IMG/VR virus record: IMGVR_UViG_2541047320_000011
Coordinates: 1 to 64,000 of that record
Length of the DNA stretch: 64,000 nucleotides
Reading direction: 5' to 3' (one strand)
Source of the DNA: an uncultured virus (IMG/VR IMGVR_UViG_2541047320_000011)
Lineage: Duplodnaviria; Heunggongvirae; Uroviricota; Caudoviricetes
A model generated the notes under the pieces. The model did not search any database and was not told the origin of the DNA. It saw nothing but the letters and a program-made list of their open reading frames with translations. The position numbers and the translations under genes were made by a program. This document shows positions 9,965 to 19,300 of the stretch, in pieces. How positions within the stretch are numbered: the first letter of the stretch is position 1; each line of letters begins with the position of its first letter.

Positions 9965-11680
9965 TTACATCAGCTCCTTTTGTATATTTTTCTTAGGAAT
10001 ATATTCATCTGGTAGGTTAATTCTTTTCTTCTGTTGCTGAATAAATAAATGTCTTTTAGAGTTCAATGTTCTTGTTGCATGTTCAGCTTTAGTCAAATAA
10101 TCAGCTATAGTTCTTTTGTCATCTTCTTTTATTTTTTTATTACTTAAAGTTAATTCTAAAGTATCCAATTTCCCATTTTTTAAATTCTGGGTAAAAGATG
10201 TAAAATATACTAATTCTTCTTCTTTAGATTCTTTGCTATGTAACACTATAATATCTCCCAGACTTAAATCTCCCTTCCAATGTTGTCTAAAATTAATATC
10301 TATAATTCTATCTAAGAAGTTTATAACATCCAGAGTCCATTCTCGTGTTGGAATACATTTCAAACTTAATTGCCTTTTACCTTCTGCTATTAAATCTTCA
10401 ACTTTTAAAAAAGCATCATTTGTATAAGTGTCATAGTAGAGGAACTCATTTAATTCATCTAATAGAACCTCATTAAATATTAAATATCCATCCTCATCAG
10501 TTGAAGTCTCCCTCTTACAAAGAATATTTATATCTTTTATACTTTCATTTAACTTAGCTATTTCTTCTTCTAAATGTTTTATTTGAACATCCAATATTAC
10601 TTTTTTATCTTCTAGTTCACTTATCTCTACTGCTATTTTAGCTGAATTTACTTCATCTTTATGTTGTGGATTATCATATGTCTTTTTTATATCTTTTTTC
10701 TTACTTATCATTTCTATTACCATTTGCCATTCGTTGCTTTTACTATCACGTTCTCTTTGTTTCTTAAGCTTTGTATCTATTAATTCTCTCCAAATTGGCT
10801 CTCTTATTTCATTCATTTCTTGATATTTCTTTATAGCTCTACTAAGTTCTTCACTCATTTCTTTATTGTCTAAGAAATAAGAATAATTCTCAATGTAATC
10901 ATATCCTGTAACTGTAGCTCCTATTACATTCATATCTTCACTACCTTCAAGCTTCAGTCTAGTTACTATATCATCACTATTTGTAGTTCTTTCAAGTGAT
11001 TTTATGTAGTTATCATGAGATAAATATAACTGAATGTTATCTCCAAAACTGTCTATATGATACAAATTAACTAAATTATTATAAGTGTCAAAATCAGCTA
11101 TACACTCAAATTGTTCTTTTAGTTCATTATTGAAATAATCTAACCAATTAGAATTAATACTCTCTTGCCATCTTACTTTTTCTCTCTTATTACCTTCACT
11201 ATCAGTTTCATAAGCAATTGAATCATCCACATAACCAAGTTTCCAGCCTGTCTCTTGTTTTAAATAATCATTAAGAGATATAATAGATGCTTCTTCATCT
11301 TTGGTAAACATCTGTAATCCATAGTCCTCAATATTCACATCAATTTTTCCTAGTTTAACTTCTTTAGATTTAGCTGTTACTACTTTTAATTTATCGTCTG
11401 TAGTCACAACATTCTTAACTACAAAATATTCTTTATTATTAAGACAAATAAGACGTTCTTCTTTTACTTCTTCAAAAATGGGATTTATTATTTTATTAAA
11501 TAAAAATCTATCTGTAATATATTTTGGAATGGTCAGTTGTATTTCATCTACTCCACCAAGCTCACGCTTTATAGAATTTAAAAAGTTGATTGGGATTTGA
11601 CCTAAAAATGATTTGTTCATCTTGTGAATGGTTAATGTGTAATCAGATTTTATCTGTTTAAGATTCACATTAAAATGCAT
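9965..11680 (-). CDS. Phage tail protein (Prophage_tail / Tal-like)
   Basis: 571 aa; KSLERTTNSDDIVTRL, YIENYSYF and LGDII motifs typical of SPbeta-like minor tail proteins. Confidence 0.7.
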   Translation of the reverse strand: MHFNVNLKQIKSDYTLTIHKMNKSFLGQIPINFLNSIKRELGGVDEIQLTIPKYITDRFLFNKIINPIFEEVKEERLICLNNKEYFVVKNVVTTDDKLKVVTAKSKEVKLGKIDVNIEDYGLQMFTKDEEASIISLNDYLKQETGWKLGYVDDSIAYETDSEGNKREKVRWQESINSNWLDYFNNELKEQFECIADFDTYNNLVNLYHIDSFGDNIQLYLSHDNYIKSLERTTNSDDIVTRLKLEGSEDMNVIGATVTGYDYIENYSYFLDNKEMSEELSRAIKKYQEMNEIREPIWRELIDTKLKKQRERDSKSNEWQMVIEMISKKKDIKKTYDNPQHKDEVNSAKIAVEISELEDKKVILDVQIKHLEEEIAKLNESIKDINILCKRETSTDEDGYLIFNEVLLDELNEFLYYDTYTNDAFLKVEDLIAEGKRQLSLKCIPTREWTLDVINFLDRIIDINFRQHWKGDLSLGDIIVLHSKESKEEELVYFTSFTQNLKNGKLDTLELTLSNKKIKEDDKRTIADYLTKAEHATRTLNSKRHLFIQQQKKRINLPDEYIPKKNIQKELM

Positions 11681-11704
11681 ATTTTATCACCTTCTTTGTA
11701 TTAG

Positions 11705-11729
11705 AAAAGCCCATCAATTAAGATGAGCT
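11705..11729 (-). terminator. Intrinsic terminator-like hairpin with UUAAUU loop
   Basis: Minus strand AGCTCATC-TTAATT-GATGGGCT-TTTC. Confidence 0.6.
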
Positions 11730-11748
11730 AAAATATTTTATTAATCTA

Positions 11749-11837
11749 AATATTGCAACAAGTTTAATAGCTTGTTACATATATGATAAAGCAAAAAAAA
11801 CACTCAAACGCCAATAAGAGTGGTTTCAAAAGATAAA
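11749..11837 (+). pseudogene. 5'-truncated, frameshifted type I toxin remnant
   Basis: NIATSLIACYIYDKAKK, then in a shifted frame HSNANKSGFKR*; no start codon or RBS (in-frame stop upstream). Confidence 0.55.
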
Positions 11838-11900
11838 TTGATTTTTTAATTAACTTTAAGGAACAATCACTCTTTGTATTAAGTAGATTAAATTCCTTAC
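11793..11900 (-). ncRNA. Putative orphan type I antitoxin RNA
   Basis: Minus-strand promoter TTTACA-16-TATAAT (~11905-11932), nearly identical to that of antitoxin 2; terminator CACTC...GAGTG followed by an 8-U run; ends approximate. Confidence 0.55.
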
Positions 11901-12022
11901 TTTTATTATATCATAAATACGTTTTTTGTAAAACAGATTCGTTTACAGTTAATAAATAAAAAATCACTATTACTGATATCAATTAATACATGTTTTAAAT
12001 AGGTATATTATAAATCATTTCA

Positions 12023-12178
12023 TTATTCAAAATTCACTTCAATATCTTCAAGGTCTTTTTCATTAATATTTAGGTCTTTCAGAATTTCGCTTTGAGATAT
12101 TAGTTCTTTTTCATCTATACCTTTCATTCTTATTTCTGTCTCAATAAGAAGCTTACAATCTTCTATATTATTTATCAT
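12023..12178 (-). CDS. Small acidic hypothetical protein, 51 aa
   Basis: RBS AAGGAGGTG before ATG at 12178; the track start at 12223 has no RBS. Confidence 0.6.
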   Translation of the reverse strand: MINNIEDCKLLIETEIRMKGIDEKELISQSEILKDLNINEKDLEDIEVNFE

Positions 12179-12439
12179 TTGTAACACCTCCTTAAATATA
12201 TACCAGAGTATAAAAATAGCCACTTGTTTAAGGTGGCCTAGATAAGTAGAAATTCTTTATGTAAAAATATTTTAATTTTCTGTTACCTGTATTATATCTT
12301 TATTCTACTGCTGTCGTCAATATAATATTAAATTTAACATATTGGAAAATTATGGTATAATATTTTTAGAGACTACAGTTTAGACTATTAGGGTGATGGC
12401 TCTTTAGTTAAAATCCCCAGTAAGAAAGGGGGTGAGACT

Positions 12440-12601
12440 ATGGAGTACTTAGTTTTGTTTTTAATAATGATAATTATGATTACAAGAATAATCAATCATT
12501 TGACAAAGCTAATAGATGCAATCTTAAACTTGAAAGCATCTATTAGAAAACTAAAGAATCACCAGACTGGCGGGTCTAGTGATTCTGAAAGTAATACATA
12601 A
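12440..12601 (+). CDS. Type I toxin 1 (53-aa hydrophobic peptide)
   Basis: MEYLVLFLIMIIMITRIINHLTKLIDAILNLKASIRKLKNHQTGGSSDSESNT; extended -10 TGGTATAAT; RBS AGGGGGTGA sequestered by CCCCC; 5' gagactaca pairs with 3' tgtagtctc. Confidence 0.8.
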   Translation: MEYLVLFLIMIIMITRIINHLTKLIDAILNLKASIRKLKNHQTGGSSDSESNT

Positions 12602-12705
12602 ATCTATTCTTTTTATTGTTAACTTTAAGAACTACACCCTACAGCAAATAGTTTGTAGTCTCTTTTTTTATGTCCCTATGATATAAATTTATATCATTTA
12701 TATTA
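12553..12705 (-). ncRNA. Antisense antitoxin RNA 1
   Basis: Minus-strand TTGACT-18-TATAAT at ~12707-12736; terminator hairpin AGAATCAC...GTGATTCT plus U tract inside the toxin 3' end; ends approximate. Confidence 0.7.
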
Positions 12706-12961
12706 CTATTATACTCCAATATTATCAAAATAGTCAATGTTGTCATTATCTTCATTGAAAAATAAAAAAGCTATATTATTAATAGAATAACTTCTTAGAA
12801 CACAATATTCTTTTACAATTGTAGACAATATAATATTAAATTTAACATATTGGTAATTTATGGTATAATATTTTTAGAGACTACATAAAAAACTATTAGG
12901 GTGAATCTTCATATACATAAGCCTTCCCATGTCAAATCAAGAGGGGAGGTGATATGATATT

Positions 12962-13141
12962 ATGAAATATCTAATTTGTTTGCTAACGATAATAACATTT
13001 CTTACAACTATAATTATTAGTTTGATTAAGTTGGTTCAGAATTTAAATAGACTCTTTAAAGAAATAGATGAGTTTAAGAAAACGTTGCAAAAAATTAAGA
13101 ATCACCCGAACGGCAATTCAGGTGATTCTTCCTCTAATTAA
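12962..13141 (+). CDS. Type I toxin 2 (59-aa hydrophobic peptide)
   Basis: MKYLICLLTIITFLTTIIISLIKLVQNLNRLFKEIDEFKKTLQKIKNHPNGNSGDSSSN; promoter duplicated from module 1; RBS GGAGGTGA; same 5'-3' long-range pairing. Confidence 0.8.
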   Translation: MKYLICLLTIITFLTTIIISLIKLVQNLNRLFKEIDEFKKTLQKIKNHPNGNSGDSSSN

Positions 13142-13235
13142 CACTTCGCTTATTTATGAAGAGACACCCTAGCACAAATAGTTGTAGTCTCTTTTTTTAT
13201 GTCTTTATGATATAAATTTATATCATTTATATTAC
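13090..13235 (-). ncRNA. Antisense antitoxin RNA 2
   Basis: Minus-strand TTTATA-16-TATAAT with TG extension (~13237-13264); terminator AAGAATCACC...GGTGATTCTT followed by a U tract; ends approximate. Confidence 0.7.
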
Positions 13236-13368
13236 TATTATATCATAAATACGTTTTTTATAAACAATATTTTTTAGTAGATAAATATATATTTTCAAAA
13301 AAAATCTGACTATAAATTATAAAACGTAAGTAAATGAGTGAATAATAAATAAAGACCAATTACATATG

Positions 13369-16300
13369 TTAAGACCTAGTATTAGAAATAATTTTTTTGT
13401 TATTTTCTTCAATCATTTTCCTCATCTTCTTTTCAAATTCAGGCATTACATCTTTAGTTACATTCCCTTGTACAACAACAAATGGTGAATTATAATTAAC
13501 TGCTGATATTGGAGATGTACTTCTTGAACGAGAATTTGAAGGAGGATTATAATTAGGCATTGCAAGTTTACTTAAACCTAATTCATCTAATATGTAGTTA
13601 ATATCTTCTAATGTCTCTTTACCTTCTTTTAGCGTATCAAGCCATTCCTGCTTAGTGACAGAACCCATTGCCAACATACCATCTTCATATTTATTTATGT
13701 ATTCAATAATAGCATCTTGAAGTTTCTTAACCTCTCCATCAAGACCTACAAATTTACCACTTGAAATTGCTTCATTAATTAAATCAACTAAATTTTCATC
13801 TGAGTATTTTTTCTCTAACTCTTCTTTTAATTTATCTGCTTCTTCTTGTAGTCTGTCAGACTCCTTATCATACATATCATTGACTTGGTCGTCCACATGG
13901 TCTTGTACTAAATCCTGTAATTTCTTCTGTTCTTCTTTTAATTGTTTTTGTAAATCTTTAAGTTTCTTCTGACCACTTAAAGAGCTATCTCTTTCAGCTA
14001 TTGCTATTTGTTTTTCTAAATCACTTATTACATCTTGTTGTTCTTCATAATCATCTTTATATTTAGCTTCTTTTCTTGAATCATTGTAAGCATCTTGTTG
14101 CTTTTTAAGAGAATCAATTTTAGCTTTAGTTTCTTTATCTATTTCTTTAAGTCTCTCTTCAAGCTCTTTTTTATACATGTCTCTAATTTTTTCTTGTAGG
14201 CTTTGAGCTTCTTTAAGCTGGTCTTTATAAGCATCTTGAATCTCTTTATTTAAATCTTCTATTTCTTCTTTATTTTGTTGAATTTGTTTATTAGCATCAG
14301 GTAAATCTTTAAGAAGTAAATCTAAATATTTTTTAGCATTTTCTTCTATTTCTTTATATTTATCTGCATCTTTGTTATTTTTTAGAAACGCTAATTGTTG
14401 CTCATAATTTGTTATGTTTTTACCATCAGCAGAAAATTCAAACCCTTCTTTTGATAACCCTTCTCTTAACTCTTTTGCAGTATCTTCATAGACTTTAATA
14501 ACATCTTTAATTTCTTTAGCTTGTTTGGCCAATAACTCTTTTTTCTTTTCAATTAAGTCTAACTTTTCATCACCTTCAGCATTTTTCATAAGAATGTCAA
14601 TTAAGTCTATTTCATTTTGTATCTCAGTGACATGTTTTTGAGCTGAAGTTAAAGCAGCTTCCCTAGCAATCTCTTTTAATTCTTTTTTAAATTCCTCTGC
14701 TGCTCTAGTTGATTCTATAAGAGAATTTGTTACTTCTTGTTGAGCATCTGCAACTTTCGGTATCTCAGTAAAAGCAATCTTTAAATATTCTTCAACAACC
14801 TTTTTTTCTTCTTCTATTTTCTTCTTACGTTCTTCACTCTTTTTACTACCTTTGTCGCTCTCTGATTGCTTATCTAACTTCTCTAATTCTTTTTCTAATG
14901 ATATTAATTTTTCTTCATAACTAGTTAAGTTATCATCATCTGAAAAAGTGTACTTATAATCTTTTTTAAGTCTATCTTTTAGTCTATTCTTTTGAGTGTT
15001 AAGTGCCTTATCTTTTTGGTCTAACAATGTTAGTTCTTCTTTATATAAAGCGTTTTGTTCTTCAAGATATTTAAGTTTATCTTTTCCACTTGCATATTTC
15101 ATTTTCTTATCTAAAAGAGATATTCTATCTGTAACTTTAGATATCGCATTTTCTAATTCTTTTAGTAACTCAATGCTATATTTTACTGCTGCATCAATAG
15201 ATTTTGTATCTAATGCTATTTTAGGAGTTTTAGTTATACGAGAGAATTTCTCCGTAAGAGTTTTGACTGGAGATGTGGCTCTTGATGCTGCTCTTGAGAA
15301 TAGAGATGGTTTTGTTACAGGAGTTTCGTCACTTATTGGTGCTGGTTCTGACGTTCTAGGTTGGGCTGATAGATTAGCTGGAATTGCTTGTGGAGTTTCT
15401 ATAGAATTTATGGATTGCACACTCTTTCTATCACTCTTTAATCCACCTAATATATTATTTGCAAATTGAGAAGCAATTCCTCCTAGAGTCCCTACTGTAC
15501 GAAGATGTGCTGTTATTGTAAAACTCTTATCACTTAGTTTTTTATTTTCAGTTTGACGAATTGTTTCTAAAGCAGCAGAATTATTCGCTTTAAGTTTAAC
15601 CCACTTGTCTTTTATTGTTTTTTTATCAACACTATCTATGCCCTCAATAGCTCCTTCAATAGCTGCAATTACCTCAACTTGTTTTTCAGGAGGTAATTTT
15701 TCTATTTCAGCAATTAATGAATTAATATCTCCATTAGTTAGTGATTTTATTATATTTATTTTTACGTCTTTGTCTAGGTCTAAAGCATTTAAATTCTCAA
15801 CTTCATCTAATGCATCTGGATTATTTACTATAAGATTAGCTATAATGTCTTTGCTTTCAGGGAAATCATTATAAAGTTGTTCTATTAAATATAACTTATC
15901 TTCATTATTTAACATAAAATTAAGAACTTGATTTTTTTGTTCATCTGGTGTTGATTCATATAGTTTTGTAGCTCTCTCAAGCTCATCTGCATTTTCTACA
16001 GCAAAGCTAACAACCTTACTTTTTGTTTCTTCTGGAACATTATCATATAGTTTTTGAAATGCTTCAGCCTTTTCTGGATTTTTAATTATAACTTCGGCAA
16101 ATACTTTTTTATCTTTTTTGTCTTCTAATCCATCATATATAGATTTCATTTTATCAAAATCATCTAAACCATTTAAATTTATGCTATAATCCATAGCTAT
16201 AGTTGGATTATCCATAAGCCATTTTTGTACGGCTTCATAGTCCTTTAGATTTTTTAAACTATCAACATTATCAGTTATAAATTTATTAGTAAAAGTTGAA

Positions 16301-19300
16301 TTTGTTGGAAGATTTTTTACTATATCAGCAAAAATTTTAACTTGTTCAGTCTCAATACCTGATGATTCTAATTTTAATTTTACATCATTTCTTCCTTCAA
16401 GTTGTTTAAATGAATTTAAAGTATTTCTAAGCTCTTCATTTTTCTTTAACTTAAGTTCAATTTGTTTTGTTGGAGGTGTATTTAATATATCATCTACAAG
16501 CTTTTCTGCTTCTTTATCCCTTGAAAATGCAACACTTTTAGGATTCGGTTTGTCTTTTAAAACCTTTTTAGTAGATTCTTTAGCTTCTTTAACAGGGTCT
16601 TTCTTATCTTTATCACCATTTATTTCTTTTAATTTTTTTTGAATCCATTCAATAGCATCTGATGCTAAGTCTTTAACCTCTATAGTAAAAATTTTATTTG
16701 CTATTTCAGAAGAACTAATAGTCTCAATATCATCTTTAGCTTTTTCTATTTCAGCAATTATTTCTACTCTTTTATCTGGTGGTAAACTTTCAATAGCTTT
16801 GCCTAAAGCATCTATATCTCCATCAGATAAGGCTTTGTATATATTTATTCTTATATCCTTATCTAAAGGAATTTTATCCAATGACGCTATTAAATCTTGA
16901 ACCCCTAATTTCCCCTCATTTTGTTTCAAATATATTTCTGTAATTTTCTCATCAGGTATATGTTCTAAGGCATCTTTTAAATTAACAGAATTATACAAAG
17001 CCTCTCCCGCTTCTGCTATAAAATATGTTTTAAGTTCCGCAGGTACTTTCTTATATATCTCTGATACTTCAACAGCTTTTTCTAGTCCAACTCCATCAGC
17101 TTCTAATTTAGTTTTGAGTTCAGAAGGTACTTCGGCATACTTAGATGTTAAATCTAATATTTTTCTACCACCTTCGTCTGCTCCTTCTTCTTTTATGATA
17201 GTTTTTACTTCTTTTGGAAATTTATCATAAATTCTTTTTACTGAATCAGCTTCTTCTAATGTTGTAGTTGGATTGGCTTTTATGACTGTGGTTACTTCTT
17301 CTGGAAGTTCCTCATATCTTTGCTTTAAGTTACTTATTATTTGTTCTGCATTAGCTTGACCTGAATCATTACTTAAAAGTATTTCTGGGGTTATAGTAAA
17401 CTTACCTTTTCCAAACTTGTTATCTAAATCATTTTGAAGTTTAGTTATATCTGGGTCACCAGTCTGTAATTCCATTAATACATCCATAGTGAATTTTAAT
17501 ACATCAGTAGAACTTGCCCCTGTTCCTAATAGAGCATCTATCATGCCTTTAACTTGACTAGGAACTTCTTTAGTATTCTTAATGTCAGTTAATATATTTG
17601 CATCAACTTTTACATCTCCAGTTATTGTTGTTGTATCTAATATATTCTGAATACTATCAAATTGATTTTGGAGTTGCATTGCAAGTTTATCACCATTTGC
17701 TAAATCTAGTTTTGTTTTACCAAACTTAGCTAATAATGTATTTATAGATGTCATATCTTTAATTCCATTTGGATTTACTTGCCCAAATAAATTTTCCCAT
17801 ATATTAGCATCTGTGTTAGTTGCTTTAGCTATACTCTTAGCTGTTTTATCTATTGTTTGATTATATTTTTCTATATCTTGTGTTCTAGCAAATTCTTCAT
17901 TTGCATCCTTAAGAGTTTTAGATAAATCTCCTACATCAACTTTCCCACTTCTAACAGCAGTAAGCAATTTGTTGACTGCCTGTTCTGTGTCTACTAGAGT
18001 ATCTGGTGTAACTTCACTAAAATCAAATAAACTTTCAAGTCCAGCAAAATTAGACTTATCATTGCCTTCTAATCCACTATAAAGAGTTTTATTCTTAATG
18101 TTAGAAAATATTCCATCTCCTATTTCTTTTGAATACCCTTGAATTTTATCTACTTGATTTCTATACATTTCATCATATTTGAAATATATTTTTTCTTCTT
18201 CTGCTTTAGCTGACATTAATTCATTTCTGGCTTTATCTCTTGCTCTACCAGTTGAATTATTATATTTCTCGATTGCTTTTTCTTGTCTTTTTTTATTCTT
18301 TTCAACTTCTGCTGTATAATCTTCTTCTATTTTTACAAGCTTACCAGTTTCACTTTCTCTCATTCTTTCTTCTAAAGTTTTATTTACATCTTTACTTGGA
18401 GAATTTAATTTTTTAGCAGCAGTTTTCGCATTATCATGTTTATCATAGGACATCAATCTTTCTTTTGCATTAATAGCTCTATCTATTTCAGCAATTAAAT
18501 CAGTAACCTGACCTTTTAAAATAGGTATACCATTTTCATCTGTTCCTATAACTGCATCTGGTTTTATTTTTGCAATCTGTTGTTTTAGTTCATTTAATCT
18601 ATTATTATCTTCTTTAGACTTATTTTCTTTTTTAGATAAATTATCATATTCTTCTGCAAGTGCTTGTAATTGAACTTTTTGGCTCTCATAAGAATTAATT
18701 TGTTGTTTTGAAGCTTGTATATTTTTCTTTCTAGCTTGATATGCATTCTCTTCTCTATTTGCATAATTTTCTAACTCTCTTGCCAACAAACTTATTCCTG
18801 CAAATGCAGCAGTTAAAACTAAAGAATTTCCAACTGTAGTTGCTATACCTTTACCAAAATTTACAATGCTACTCCCTGCAAATGCCTTACCAATATTACC
18901 AAGCCCATCACTTATTGTATCTTTTCTACTTTTAGAAACAACTTTTAATTTTTGATTATATTTTTCATATGACTTTGTTCTGTCTTCATTTATTTTTATT
19001 TCTTTAGCTGTTGCCTTTTTTAAACTGTTGGTTGTCGATGTGTACTTTCCTACAATGCCATTTTGACTATTTATTGTTTTATTGACAATAGCATTTGATT
19101 TAGCATTGTTTTTTGAAGCATTAGTATTTTTATTTATAGCACTTGTATATTGATTAGTAAATTTTGTAGCTCTTTCAAAGTCTTTAAATTTAACAGATTT
19201 TCTATTATTTTGAAATGCACTTATTCCAGCACCCCATAGATTCGTGATTGGTTTGCCAGTACCTAATGCTTTAATTGTCATAAACAAAGATGATAAAGTA

